From positions 1-52,578 of IMG/VR virus record IMGVR_UViG_3300044638_003693: 52,578 bases of DNA; one strand, 5' to 3'. Source of the DNA: a virus (Duplodnaviria; Caudoviricetes). The notes beneath the pieces are model-generated. The model saw only the letters and a program-made list of their open reading frames with translations, had not been told where the DNA came from and searched no databases. This document shows positions 42,527 to 52,259 of this stretch, piece by piece (the first letter of the stretch is position 1; every line of letters begins with the position of its first letter). The translations under genes and the position numbers were made by a program.

Positions 42527-43824
42527 GGTCGGTTGTTTAATCCTCTCCTATAGTCCTCAGAAGCTACAAAACCAGTAGACGCGGTGGTAAGACCAGCAGT
42601 AGACAGGAGCTGTAGAGATATTGTAACGTCCGTACGGATAGGGACCATGTCCGGAGTAAAAGCAATATGGGTTACCGCTAAGTTGTTAACGTATCCGTTA
42701 AAAGACAGCGGACCAATATCTATGTTTAAAAGAGTGGGCTGCAGGAATCCAATGTCCGCGGTAGCAATTCCGCGTGCGTTTATCCACTGGTCCCCGAGTG
42801 ACCCAGATGGCCCAATGCCATTTATAGCCCTATACAAAAACTCTAGGTCCGCTATGGTCCCTCTAGTAAATAGGTCTACTAACTTATCTTCAATACTCAG
42901 GCCTCGAGCGGAATCCGAAAGTGAGGCAATACCATGTTTGTAAAACTCTTCAAGCCCCCTAACTTGGTCCGTAGTTATGTAAGAAGCTACCGGAGCACCA
43001 ATATTAGATACGTTTATTGAGTTAGTTGGCCTATTAAACCTAGCTGCAGCACATGCAAAGTCGTTGGTTCTGTCAAGACGAATATTAAAAGTTATACCCT
43101 CAGTAGCCGGGAAGAAACCAGCGCCTCCAAGGAACCTGTCTTGAGCTGTTGGGGTTACGTCCATAGATACTGAAACGGTAGTTCCAAAGGCCTCTGGATT
43201 CCATAGGAACTGGAATCCAAATCGTCTTTCAGCGTTTTTGTCACGGATTACTTTAGTGTTTGCGCTACCCGTGACTAAATCGATACTAGGGTCGCTGGCT
43301 TTCCACCATATTCTTCCTCGGCGATACTTTTCGTTATCTTGCCCGAAGCTAAAGTTTTTTTCATCACCCAATCGCTGAACCAGCGGTAAACTCCACTTGT
43401 GCGGAGGCAAGTTCCATTTCCACTCAGAAGGGTTTGAGTACTCGGGCGTAGGCGCTATTGGGGCCGGAGCACGCTGTGAGGTGTCAGCCATTTTTGCCAC
43501 AGAGTCCCTACCCCTGTTTTTACGTTTTGTGGTATAGGTGTACGCATCCAAAACGCTGCTACCACCGTAACCCAGCTGAGGCTGGTTGTTGCCGTCACCA
43601 CTAATTTTGCTTCTGGTACTTACTTGAAAGCGTTTTTTGTACCCCACTAGCCAGGTGTTAAAGTATACTCCGGCACCAAATCCGTAGACGTTATCTTCGT
43701 TATATATCTTTTGTAGCTGGTTGATAGATGGAAAGTCGGTTCCGTATTGTTTTTTAAGAGCGGCAATATCGGCTACTGCGCGGTACTCTTCCGCTGCACT
43801 AGTAGTTCCTTTTTCAATAGCCAT
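42523..43824 (-). CDS. Tail tube initiator-like baseplate protein
   Basis: FQFLWNP...GYV..L.VTH..F...MVP.R..V; lies between tape measure and LysM genes. Confidence 0.65.
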   Translation of the reverse strand: MAIEKGTTSAAEEYRAVADIAALKKQYGTDFPSINQLQKIYNEDNVYGFGAGVYFNTWLVGYKKRFQVSTRSKISGDGNNQPQLGYGGSSVLDAYTYTTKRKNRGRDSVAKMADTSQRAPAPIAPTPEYSNPSEWKWNLPPHKWSLPLVQRLGDEKNFSFGQDNEKYRRGRIWWKASDPSIDLVTGSANTKVIRDKNAERRFGFQFLWNPEAFGTTVSVSMDVTPTAQDRFLGGAGFFPATEGITFNIRLDRTNDFACAAARFNRPTNSINVSNIGAPVASYITTDQVRGLEEFYKHGIASLSDSARGLSIEDKLVDLFTRGTIADLEFLYRAINGIGPSGSLGDQWINARGIATADIGFLQPTLLNIDIGPLSFNGYVNNLAVTHIAFTPDMVPIRTDVTISLQLLSTAGLTTASTGFVASEDYRRGLNNRP

Positions 43825-46265
43825 TATCTAGTCACCGCCATTCTTAGCTGTTCTTGGTCTTCCAAAATTCGTTTTACTTCCCTAGCAAGTTTTGTCTCGT
43901 TTACTGCGACGCCTTGAGGAACATTTATAGTTACGTTTACGCCGCCATAGTAGGTGCCTCCGCCGCCACCAGAATTAATGGTTCCACTAGAGTCGCCAGT
44001 GCCAGGGTTGTTTCCCGGGAACAATGAGCCAGCACTAGTTTGGAATAGTTTTCCAGGATTGTATGCACTTCCGCTGGTCATTCCAGACGCCCCTGTAGGA
44101 CCACCAGTGGGCGATGCTCCGCCCATAACGAGACCAGTGGGGTCACTCACGCCACCGTCTTTGTCCTCTAGTGCGACGTGAAGGTGTGCGCCAAATGAGC
44201 GACCAGTGTTACCGCTAAGGCCAATCTGTGAGCCTTCCGCAACTTCCTGGCCATCTCCTACAAGTTGAGACTTTAAGTGCCCGTAAACAGTGGCCGTGCC
44301 GTCTGAGTGCCGGATACGAATCATGTTACCGAGGGCACCCTCAACACCCGACTTTTCTACTTTTCCGCCCTTGATGGCAAACACCTTACTGCCCTCTGGG
44401 GCCACAAGGTCTATACCGCGGTGAGATTGAGTTCTAAACGACGCCTTATTACCAAACTCTCCATTTTCAGGAATCTGAAGAGTGTTCATTAGCGGAGACG
44501 AATCTCCGGTACCCTTAGCGTCAAAGTTAGAGCCAACCGCCTTTCCCAGGCTTCCTCCGGCCCAACTACCAACAGCACCACCAATAAGCGCACCTAGCAC
44601 AGGAATAGGAATTAGCATCTGGCCTAAGGCAGCGCCGGCAACTCCACCTGCAACAGAGCCCGCGGTTTCTCCCCAAGCACTGCCGCCCTGGCCTTGATTA
44701 GTAGCTTCAATGTTTCCTGGAACAGCCATAAGTGCGGTTGCTCCAGCCATAACACCACCAAATTTTAAGCCGCCCTTAAATCTGCTGGCCATGTTGGGCT
44801 TAGAATAGGCGCCCGATTTACCGTCTTTCCCAGCGCCGCCGCCTCCACCGTCAGCAACTACTGCGCCCCCGCCGCCCCCGCCGCCGACTATTGAGCCCGC
44901 ACCTAGCTGGCTAAAGAAAGTAGCAAACATTCCGGTTAAGCGTTCTTTTAAGAAATTTTCAAAGCCAGATTTAATTATTGCTCCGGCAGAGTCGAGCACG
45001 CCACCTAGAATAGTACCGCCAGCCCCGTTACCTCCGGTAGCTAGCGTTTGTCCATAAGATACTCCCTGAACAATTCCGCCAAACATCTCAACACTGTCTC
45101 TGAAGTAATTAGAAATATCACTTATGTTTGAGTTTCCACTTAACACGCCCTGGACACCGCTCTTAGTGTAGGCGTTGGTTGCACCATACTCTGCTGAGAA
45201 CCGCTTTCCAAAAGACTGAGCTACTTCAGGCAGAGCGCCACTTTCTTGCAAACTTCCCGGACCAGTCTTGTTGAGGTTGCCACCACCAGCCTTCTGGTAC
45301 AGCATAGCGATAACGCCTTGGCGAAGTACTTCATCATTACCGAAATACTGGTTAAGCATTCCGTCCAACGAGTTTCCAGGCTGCAAGGAAAGAGAAATGT
45401 CTTTGGCAGTAATACGCCCGCCACCAGTTTTAATCTTGGTAAGGTAGGCCCAAATCTGGTTACCTACTTGCTCGGCGCTGTTCATCAACCCTGTAGAGGG
45501 GTCACGAACTTGAATGCCAATCATCTTAAGTTTGTTTACGTTTTGCGCCTGGTTTAGTGCGACAGTTGCCTGCATACCGCCTTCAAGGCCTGCACCAGGA
45601 GTAAGATTGCTAAACAGTTGAGCGCTCTTAGAAACGGTCTCGTAGTTGGCTAAGCCCGCCATCATACCGCTACTGTTTCCAAGACCTACGGCTCTAGAAG
45701 CATCCATTTTATCGGTGGCAGTGCCGCCAATCATCATGCTTTGAAATACTTGAGCGCCTGCCTTAGCGCCCGCGTCTCCGCCAATACCCATGTAGAATCC
45801 GGCCCGGCGGCGTGAGATGTCGTTCTCAACATACTCCTCAGGCCTAATTGCCTGGAAGGTAGCCATAACCCCAGTGGCTACGAGAGACTTGCCGGCGGCA
45901 AACATGTCAGCGCCGAATGTACTTTGGCGCTTTGGTTGTATATATCCGAGGGAGGTCGACTCACCTGGTTTAAAGGTGCCCTGTTGCACAAAGCCCGTAG
46001 GAACAGCGCCCCCAGAAGGGATGGCGCTTTGTGGAGAGAAGCCCATTGTTCCTGATACATCAGGTGCCATAGGGTTCATGGCTGTGCCGCTGTTACCGCT
46101 AGCCGCAGACTTAAGGTTCTTGGCGATAGTCTCTGAAAGCTGCTTAGTCTTCTCTAAGGTGGTGTTCAGAGCTTTAAAGGCAGAGTTAAGGTCATCGACT
46201 AGCTTGGTCTTCTTGACCATGCTTCGGCTTCCGCCCAAGTTCAGTGACTGTTTAGTATCAGCCAT
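43824..46265 (-). CDS. Tape measure protein with C-terminal M23 peptidase
   Basis: Long Ala/Gly-rich helical protein with TM-like segments; HRGID...YGHL...SGNTG.S.GAHLH. Confidence 0.88.
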   Translation of the reverse strand: MADTKQSLNLGGSRSMVKKTKLVDDLNSAFKALNTTLEKTKQLSETIAKNLKSAASGNSGTAMNPMAPDVSGTMGFSPQSAIPSGGAVPTGFVQQGTFKPGESTSLGYIQPKRQSTFGADMFAAGKSLVATGVMATFQAIRPEEYVENDISRRRAGFYMGIGGDAGAKAGAQVFQSMMIGGTATDKMDASRAVGLGNSSGMMAGLANYETVSKSAQLFSNLTPGAGLEGGMQATVALNQAQNVNKLKMIGIQVRDPSTGLMNSAEQVGNQIWAYLTKIKTGGGRITAKDISLSLQPGNSLDGMLNQYFGNDEVLRQGVIAMLYQKAGGGNLNKTGPGSLQESGALPEVAQSFGKRFSAEYGATNAYTKSGVQGVLSGNSNISDISNYFRDSVEMFGGIVQGVSYGQTLATGGNGAGGTILGGVLDSAGAIIKSGFENFLKERLTGMFATFFSQLGAGSIVGGGGGGGAVVADGGGGGAGKDGKSGAYSKPNMASRFKGGLKFGGVMAGATALMAVPGNIEATNQGQGGSAWGETAGSVAGGVAGAALGQMLIPIPVLGALIGGAVGSWAGGSLGKAVGSNFDAKGTGDSSPLMNTLQIPENGEFGNKASFRTQSHRGIDLVAPEGSKVFAIKGGKVEKSGVEGALGNMIRIRHSDGTATVYGHLKSQLVGDGQEVAEGSQIGLSGNTGRSFGAHLHVALEDKDGGVSDPTGLVMGGASPTGGPTGASGMTSGSAYNPGKLFQTSAGSLFPGNNPGTGDSSGTINSGGGGGTYYGGVNVTINVPQGVAVNETKLAREVKRILEDQEQLRMAVTR

Positions 46266-46267
46266 TC

Positions 46268-46423
46268 TTACCTACCTCTGAGCCTTCCAGCTCTAGAAAT
46301 CCAATTCATACGCTCTCTTGCGGACAAGCTTCTGATATCAGCTAGCGTCCATCCAGTAAATGCTCGAGATAGTGATTCGTATTGGTCCAGTAAGTTCTCG
46401 TAATCTGATTCTTTATAGACGAA
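46268..46423 (-). CDS. Frameshift extension of the tail assembly chaperone (start-less 51-codon ORF)
   Basis: The +1 frame reads FVYKESDYENLLDQYESLSRAFTGWTLADIRSLSARERMNWISRAGRLRGR. It opens after a TAG just upstream of TTT-CGT and has no usable start codon. Confidence 0.7.
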   Translation of the reverse strand, partial: FVYKESDYENLLDQYESLSRAFTGWTLADIRSLSARERMNWISRAGRLRGR

Positions 46424-47213
46424 ACAAGTCTGCTAACGACAACGGCATAGGAATCTCCTCGCCGCATGCCTCACAGGTCGTCTTCACCTCCCCAAGGCGT
46501 GGCCCTGGGTTACGGGTCAGAATCTCAGAAATAATCTTTTCGCGGTCCTTCATGCCCAACTTGAGCACAGTAGTTGCGCCCATAGACACGATGCCGTTTA
46601 CAGATTCAACACAGCCGGCTAGAAGAATAGTGTTAATCTCCGCAGCAGTCTTGTCAGCATTTTCTAGCAATTTCTTCTGAGTTACTCCAGTAGGCAATCC
46701 GACTACGATAGTCCCAGCCTTGGCTGACTCGTAAGTAAACTTACGGTCTTCCAAAGGGCTCTCTAAGTTTTTGTAGGGAATGTCGGTAGTAAGGTCTACT
46801 GAAACAGAAAGGTCAGTTTGGCAATGAGGGCACGGAAACTCAAAGTCAATTTCGTTACCGAAAGTGACCCTGCGGATTCCAATAAGGATTGCGTCTCGGT
46901 CTCCGCTAAGGAGGCTGTCGAACGCATCTTTATCAGGCTTTTCCATACCTAATGAAACAAGCCCGCGCTGTAGCATGACTACAAGGGCTCTGCCGGTAGA
47001 CCCTGCTTTAGAAATGGCCTCTTCGTCCATTCCGTTTAGCTCACGGACCTCGGCGTATTTGACGAGGCTACCATCCCCGGCGACAAATCCGCCGGGGAGG
47101 ATAACCTCAGAACTAGAAGGAGCAACCGTCTTAATTTCAGGCGCTGGCTCTTCAAGTAATTGTTCAGCTAGTTGGTTGATGACCGTTGGGTCACTGCTCG
47201 TATTTTCAGACAT
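46413..47213 (-). CDS. Tail/baseplate assembly chaperone (T4 gp26-like)
   Basis: VRELNG.DEE, GDRDAIL..IR..TFG, CPHC...CEAC; lies between tube and tape measure genes. Confidence 0.8.
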   Translation of the reverse strand: MSENTSSDPTVINQLAEQLLEEPAPEIKTVAPSSSEVILPGGFVAGDGSLVKYAEVRELNGMDEEAISKAGSTGRALVVMLQRGLVSLGMEKPDKDAFDSLLSGDRDAILIGIRRVTFGNEIDFEFPCPHCQTDLSVSVDLTTDIPYKNLESPLEDRKFTYESAKAGTIVVGLPTGVTQKKLLENADKTAAEINTILLAGCVESVNGIVSMGATTVLKLGMKDREKIISEILTRNPGPRLGEVKTTCEACGEEIPMPLSLADLFRL

Positions 47214-47266
47214 TTAATGCTCCTAGTTAATTATTTAAATAATACCACAGTCAGTACAGGTGTTGG

Positions 47267-47881
47267 CTACGTACGGATGTAGTCACCGCGAACGTCGCTA
47301 GCTAGCTCTACAGATAGACCCTCGTGAGCCAACGACATGGTTTCCATGATAATTTCGTTGCCCTGAGCGTTTAGGTCTGAGAAGCTTAGGCTGCTAATCC
47401 AGGCGTTGTACACGTTGAACTTCATCTTGTAAGCCTGCTGAGAGATAAGGTCGTTAGCAGTAATCTGAGGTCCGCCGGTAGCTGGGTGGTCTAGCACGTA
47501 GATAGCCAAGTTGCAACGGAAGGTAGTGTTAGTACCTAGTGGCAAGCCCTGTCCAGATGTAGCAGCAAATAGGCTGCGCATCCATTTAATGGCCTGGTCG
47601 TTGCCGAGGATAGTTCCACGGGTTAGGGTTAGCGGCTGGAATGAGGTCATTCCAGGAACCTGGTGTAGCGAGGTGTTCATCCCACCTTCGCGGTAACCGA
47701 TTGCGTTGGTGGTGATTGCTAGACCTGATACTGAGGTAAAGCCTCCACGCAAGGTGGTTAGCTCACCGCTAACTGGCTGACCGTCGCCAGTTGCTGTAAA
47801 GTCCACGACAAAGCGGAAATTACGTAGCGGGTCAGTCTGGATGGTGGAGAAACGAGCTAGTGATTTAGCTTGCTGTGCCAT
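47267..47881 (-). CDS. Tail tube protein (T4 gp19-like)
   Basis: DPLRNFRF, GF..VSGL, YREGG, LTLTRG, NAW...SDLNA...E...LAHEG. Confidence 0.93.
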   Translation of the reverse strand: MAQQAKSLARFSTIQTDPLRNFRFVVDFTATGDGQPVSGELTTLRGGFTSVSGLAITTNAIGYREGGMNTSLHQVPGMTSFQPLTLTRGTILGNDQAIKWMRSLFAATSGQGLPLGTNTTFRCNLAIYVLDHPATGGPQITANDLISQQAYKMKFNVYNAWISSLSFSDLNAQGNEIIMETMSLAHEGLSVELASDVRGDYIRT

Positions 47882-47892
47882 TTATTTGCCTC

Positions 47893-49383
47893 CTAGGCGA
47901 TAGTGACAACAGCGCCGCTGTCGTACTGGCTAATGCGGATAACTACAAATTCAGCAGGGCGCTGCAAAGCAACTCCGACCTCGATGTTAACCTGACCGTT
48001 CTCAACTGAGATTAGCGGGTTATTCTCGGCGTCACACTTTACAAAGAAAGCGTCAGCTGGGGTTACACCACGTAGACCGCCCTGAGCCCAAAAATCAGTC
48101 AGGAATGATTCAATTGTGGTGGTTACTCGACGCCATAGACGGAAGTCGTTTGGCTCGAATATGGCGAACTGGGTCATGTCACTCAAGCTCTTGCGCAAGT
48201 AAATCAAGCTTCGGCGAACAGACACGTAGCGGTCTGCGTAGCCTGGCTTTAGAGTGCGAGCACCCATGATTACAATGCCTGAGCCCGGGATATAGCGAAT
48301 TGCATTTACTGGTGCCACTGCGCTGTTAAGCGAATCAAGCTCAGCGTTAGTTAGCTTAGGTACTGAAACGGCTCCAGAGATGCGAGTAGACAATCCAGCT
48401 GGTGACTTGAACACTCCATTAGAAGCATCGGTAGCCATGAACTGACCTACTACTGCGCCGCCTGGTGGCACAACCTTAGTTGCTCCAGCTGCTAGTGCTA
48501 GTGGGTCAGCAATAGTTAGGCTAGGGTAATATACAGCAGCCTGCGAAGACGCGGTGTAAGCATCTGCTCTGGTGAGCTGAGCTGACACAGTATCTACAAG
48601 CGGGTCGATAACTAGGAAGATATCTTCGCGGCTAGTAATGTAAGAAATTACAGAGTTGACATCAGTAGTGGTCACTAGTCCAGGAACGTTAAGTACCAAA
48701 GGAACATCTACAGTATCGAACTTGCTTGTTCCCGCTGCAATGTTAGCGGTAGTAAGTGCGGTACCATTAGCGCCAGTTGATAGGCTAGCGTTAGCTGTAG
48801 TAGCAGGGTTGTCAGTAGCTTGGTGGCTGTCACTTGGGCTAGAGTCAGTTGCAGTCAGGTAGGTTGACGAACCGTTGATTACAGACACAGCATAGCGCGG
48901 GTCTGAGTTCAGCATGGTTACGTCAGTGAACCTCTCAACAACGTACGCATCAGTCGTGCCGCCGTAGAATACGGTTACATCAAAGTAACCAGTAATTACT
49001 GAAGCTGAGATGGTCACGTTGATGCTGTTACCCCATGCTCCAGGGTTATTAGCAGTGAGCACTAGGGTTGCGGCTGGGGTTGTGTTAGTGTCGTTAAACG
49101 TGCGAGTAGCAGCTACTGCGTCGCTTGCGGTGACGCGGCTAATGTAGCACTGGTTTCCACCATTCGCAAAGAACAGATAGACCGCAGTGGTCACATCATT
49201 TAGGGTGCCCCATGAGCCGTACAATCTGGTGTACTGAGACCATGAGGTTACTAGGGTAGCGACTGTTGGGCCTCTGTCAGTTGCGCCCATAAAGGCGGCA
49301 ACAGAGCCGGCAGCAGCACCGCCCACAGGTGAGATAGCGTTAAGGGTTTCCTCAACGTAAACTCCGGGACGTAGGTACGTCAT
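47893..49383 (-). CDS. Contractile tail sheath protein
   Basis: YLRPGVYVEE, FFANGG, PGAWGN, VYYP, GVFKSPAG, GART, YVSVRR, FEPN, PAEFVVIRI. Confidence 0.96.
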   Translation of the reverse strand: MTYLRPGVYVEETLNAISPVGGAAAGSVAAFMGATDRGPTVATLVTSWSQYTRLYGSWGTLNDVTTAVYLFFANGGNQCYISRVTASDAVAATRTFNDTNTTPAATLVLTANNPGAWGNSINVTISASVITGYFDVTVFYGGTTDAYVVERFTDVTMLNSDPRYAVSVINGSSTYLTATDSSPSDSHQATDNPATTANASLSTGANGTALTTANIAAGTSKFDTVDVPLVLNVPGLVTTTDVNSVISYITSREDIFLVIDPLVDTVSAQLTRADAYTASSQAAVYYPSLTIADPLALAAGATKVVPPGGAVVGQFMATDASNGVFKSPAGLSTRISGAVSVPKLTNAELDSLNSAVAPVNAIRYIPGSGIVIMGARTLKPGYADRYVSVRRSLIYLRKSLSDMTQFAIFEPNDFRLWRRVTTTIESFLTDFWAQGGLRGVTPADAFFVKCDAENNPLISVENGQVNIEVGVALQRPAEFVVIRISQYDSGAVVTIA

Positions 49384-49423
49384 AAGAATTTCTCCTTGTC
49401 GGTTTGGTTAGAATAGTCGAATA

Positions 49424-50035
49424 TTAAGGGTGTTGTAGACCAAGCGGGATATCGATTGTTGTTGGGTTGAGCAGGACTTCATCGGCACGTACACCTTTAA
49501 CTACGGTGTTTGCCTGTCCTTCGCTACTCACTGTAACCGTGAACACGTTCCTGTACAGCCTGCGGCCGTCTAGTACTGTGTCGCGCTTAGTGAATTCTTC
49601 TAGGATGAGGTGTCGGTAAGTAACTCCGCCCCCCACGTCATCTGTAATAGGCAAATAGCCTCGTCTTGATGGGAAAATATTATTTAGCAAATGGGCAATA
49701 ATCTGGCGGTCGTGAATCGGGTGGCGAGCGTAGGTCACAACCTGGTACACGACATCCCAAGCCACCGGCATTTCGTAAGTGTAGATGTCAGTAGCGTTTA
49801 CCGTTTTGGTGCCTTGGGCCGAGTCATCAACGTAGATTCCAGAGCTCTGGCGGTAGGCCGCCCAGTTAGTGTCCAGCATCTCAATGGTCATAAAGGGGTA
49901 TGACTGAGAGCGAAGCTCGGTATCAGGCATGGCGTAGTAGACCCCGACCGCACGGGTAGAGTTTTTTTCGTCCGCTACCGTGAACCCAGTTAGGATTGTT
50001 TTGAGCGCAGCGTCTTCGCTGAGTAGAAAACTCAA
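49424..50035 (-). CDS. Probable tail terminator/completion protein
   Basis: Immediately upstream of the sheath gene; beta-rich; TTG start overlapping the upstream TGA. Confidence 0.6.
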   Translation of the reverse strand: MSFLLSEDAALKTILTGFTVADEKNSTRAVGVYYAMPDTELRSQSYPFMTIEMLDTNWAAYRQSSGIYVDDSAQGTKTVNATDIYTYEMPVAWDVVYQVVTYARHPIHDRQIIAHLLNNIFPSRRGYLPITDDVGGGVTYRHLILEEFTKRDTVLDGRRLYRNVFTVTVSSEGQANTVVKGVRADEVLLNPTTIDIPLGLQHP

Positions 50036-50346
50036 GGGAGAACCCCCGAATCAAATAGGTTATCTATTACTGACTCAGACACAGAGTTGTGCACAGTCGC
50101 CTCGTTTTTAGTCAAGAACGTTCTGAACACTGAGGCAGGCGGGTGGTCCATTGTCCCATACTCTAGGTCCTCTATTTGGTCAGCAATACCCAGAGGGTAT
50201 TCGATGTTAAGCCCTGTGTCGTCAGCCACAACGCTTAGTTGTGCGACGAGCATGCTGTCCCAGCCAGCAGCCAAGGCTGCTTCTTTAAGTGCGCTGGTAA
50301 GGGGGCCAGATAGGCCGTTAATTGAGTCTTTAGTAAAATCTGTCAC
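50032..50346 (-). CDS. Probable neck/head-tail protein
   Basis: LEYGT...P...R motif reminiscent of HK97 gp10-like proteins; position. Confidence 0.5.
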   Translation of the reverse strand: MTDFTKDSINGLSGPLTSALKEAALAAGWDSMLVAQLSVVADDTGLNIEYPLGIADQIEDLEYGTMDHPPASVFRTFLTKNEATVHNSVSESVIDNLFDSGVLP

Positions 50347-50516
50347 TTGCGCCCCCCGCGGCTACCAAACTTACCAACCAAGAAAGAAACTAGAAAACCT
50401 GCCGCAAGGCTTGTCCTACCCTGAGAGTAGTTAGCGCTGTTTGCTATACCGCGGATAAAATCCGCTTCGGTAGGGTGAGACACCTTTCGTTTAGGGTCTC
50501 TGTCAATACTAGACAT
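50343..50516 (-). CDS. 57-aa hypothetical protein (not in track)
   Basis: MSSIDRDPKRK...GRK; GGAG SD; GTGA overlap with the next gene. Confidence 0.65.
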   Translation of the reverse strand: MSSIDRDPKRKVSHPTEADFIRGIANSANYSQGRTSLAAGFLVSFLVGKFGSRGGRK

Positions 50517-50589
50517 TCAGTCTCCATTGGAGTAAGCAAGATACAGCGCAGGGTTTAAATCTAGCCTCGCACGAGGCTACTTCTAGGGT

Positions 50590-50616
50590 AAAAGAAAAGC
50601 CCCCTAGAAGGGGGCT
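50590..50616 (-). terminator. Rho-independent terminator
   Basis: On the - strand AGCCCCCT-tct-AGGGGGCT-TTTCTTTT. Confidence 0.8.
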
Positions 50617-50630
50617 AAACTTTTATTTAA

Positions 50631-50972
50631 TTACCGGTCTCCAGTACCGCCTGGGTAGACGTAGTCTGGATTAGCAGCTTTCCAAGCCTTGGCTTCTTTG
50701 TAGTCCTTATCCATTTCTGCTTGGACTTCGCGGGTGCCCTGTATAGAGCGTTGAACCTTACCTAGCTCAAACTCTCTGGTTCTTTTGGGTAGCCCTGAGT
50801 TTCGTACTCCATAGGACGAGATGTAGCCAATGTTCTTTAGAACACCGTTGCCAAACCCGCCAGAATCCTTAGACCTCCAGATAGCGCGATTTGGATTCCC
50901 AGTAGTGGGATTCCTTCTAACTTCTGCGCTTCTCTTGGCGTCCTTACGGACAGGCTTGGGGGTGTTAGCCAT
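50631..50972 (-). CDS. Basic hypothetical protein
   Basis: TAATG coupling. Confidence 0.75.
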   Translation of the reverse strand: MANTPKPVRKDAKRSAEVRRNPTTGNPNRAIWRSKDSGGFGNGVLKNIGYISSYGVRNSGLPKRTREFELGKVQRSIQGTREVQAEMDKDYKEAKAWKAANPDYVYPGGTGDR

Positions 50973-51247
50973 TAGTACTTCTTCTTGACGTCCCTAGCGA
51001 GCTTCTTGTCCATCTTCTTGTCAGCTGCTTCGCCAGGCTTCTTGTCGTCATGCTTCTTGTCGCCAGCCCTGAACTTAGCCTTCTCGATAGGGTTCATGCC
51101 CTCCATGAGCTTTGCATCGGCCTTCTTGTCAGCAGGTGAGCCTGACCATGGCATCTTTCCTGCTGGCTTCTTTCCTGCTGGCTTCTTTGCTGCCGGCTTC
51201 TTTGAGTCTGCCTTCTTTGGTGCTGGTTTCTTCTTGTCCATTGCCAT
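50972..51247 (-). CDS. Lys-rich protein with KKPA repeats
   Basis: KKPAPKK..KKPAAKKPAGKKPAGK; AAGGA SD. Confidence 0.8.
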   Translation of the reverse strand: MAMDKKKPAPKKADSKKPAAKKPAGKKPAGKMPWSGSPADKKADAKLMEGMNPIEKAKFRAGDKKHDDKKPGEAADKKMDKKLARDVKKKY

Positions 51248-51256
51248 TTATTTTCC

Positions 51257-51553
51257 TTACGCTGGGACTACGGTTGAGTATAGTACTGCAACGCCATAAG
51301 CCGAGGTTCCGGCTGCAGAGATGGCGTATAGGGTGTCTCCACCATTCAACCAGACTTCCTGGTTGGTGTTGGTGGCAACTTTGATTCCCCGGTCTACGCT
51401 AGCGCCTGTAGAAACGCTAGAATCTCCAAGGAATACGGAGGCGGAATCTGCGTTAGTCACAATGACCGAGGTTCTAGGGTTGTACAGAGGAATAGTCGCA
51501 ATGGCGGTTACCGTAGCAGCCGCTAGGGTGTATGAGTTATGAACTAGGGCCAT
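51257..51553 (-). CDS. Small beta-rich, probably virion decoration, protein
   Basis: R.SVIVTN...VFLG...G...L.GGDTLYAIS pattern. Confidence 0.65.
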   Translation of the reverse strand: MALVHNSYTLAAATVTAIATIPLYNPRTSVIVTNADSASVFLGDSSVSTGASVDRGIKVATNTNQEVWLNGGDTLYAISAAGTSAYGVAVLYSTVVPA

Positions 51554-51602
51554 TAGGGTCCTTCTTTCCGCAGCGGCAGTCGCCGCACTTGCATTCTGCC
51601 AT
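51537..51602 (-). CDS. 21-aa Cys-rich micropeptide (not in track)
   Basis: MAECKCGDCRCGKKDPNGPSS; AAAGGAG SD 5 nt before the ATG. Confidence 0.6.
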   Translation of the reverse strand: MAECKCGDCRCGKKDPNGPSS

Positions 51603-51614
51603 TATAGCTCCTTT

Positions 51615-51791
51615 TTATTTATTAAAATCGTCAATTGACTTGTTCTTAGAAGCGCCGCGAGTACGGGCCCGGTTCGGCTCAGAGCTGTGAGCTCCAGTCC
51701 TGAACTTGCCCATGTTCTTATTAAGTTCTGCGGACTCTACGTTGCGTCGAGCCTGAGCAGCCTTATTAAGCGGGGACTTCTTTGGTTTCAC
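51615..51791 (-). CDS. 58-aa basic protein (not in track)
   Basis: GTG start overlapping the upstream TGA; fills the gap exactly. Confidence 0.65.
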   Translation of the reverse strand: MKPKKSPLNKAAQARRNVESAELNKNMGKFRTGAHSSEPNRARTRGASKNKSIDDFNK

Positions 51792-52099
51792 TTCTTCTTT
51801 TTGCCTTCTAGCCTTTTAGACATAGCCGCTGCCTTCTTCTTGGCGTCAGCTTTTGAGGATGCTCCCCAAGCTTGCAATGATAGCAGAAGACGAGTAGGTT
51901 CGCCATTAGGTTTACGCTCAGGGCCAGGGTTACCGCCCATACGGGCTAGGAAGGACGCACGACGGGGGTTATCCCCAGACTTAACTGGGGCCTTTAGGTC
52001 AGAGCCAGGATTGGCTTTCTCGTAAGACTTGCGGCCCTTTTCGTTAAGGCCGCCCTTCTTGGCTTTGCCTTCTTTTTTCTGCCAGGCTTCACTTGCCAT
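51788..52099 (-). CDS. Basic phage protein, DUF6321-like
   Basis: AWQKKEGK..KGGLN.KGR.SY...NPGSDLKAP...RR.SF.ARM.G...R...SL.AW. Confidence 0.7.
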   Translation of the reverse strand: MASEAWQKKEGKAKKGGLNEKGRKSYEKANPGSDLKAPVKSGDNPRRASFLARMGGNPGPERKPNGEPTRLLLSLQAWGASSKADAKKKAAAMSKRLEGKKKK

Positions 52100-52259
52100 T
52101 TTTCTTCTTCTTTGCTGCGTTCATGTTGTCTACAAGGTTAGGGTAAGGACGACCAGCAGCCTTAGCCTTAGCTTTGGCGGCAGCCTTCTTCTTGCTAGAT
52201 AGCGGCTTGTCTTTTTTGGTGGGGTCTGGCTTCTCCCAGACAGGTTTCTTCTTTTCCAT
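52089..52259 (-). CDS. 56-aa Lys/Ala-rich protein (not in track)
   Basis: MEKKKPVWEKP...AAGRPYPNLVDNMNAAKKKKNGK; TAATG coupling. Confidence 0.75.
   Translation of the reverse strand: MEKKKPVWEKPDPTKKDKPLSSKKKAAAKAKAKAAGRPYPNLVDNMNAAKKKKNGK

Noticed and set aside
35662-50346. Extracellular contractile injection system or tailocin in a bacterial chromosome
   Set aside because: It is embedded with phage replication, recombination and lysis genes, and there are no host housekeeping genes.
51603-51787. Possible ncRNA in an apparent intergenic gap
   Set aside because: The gap is filled by a coupled 58-aa ORF on the - strand.
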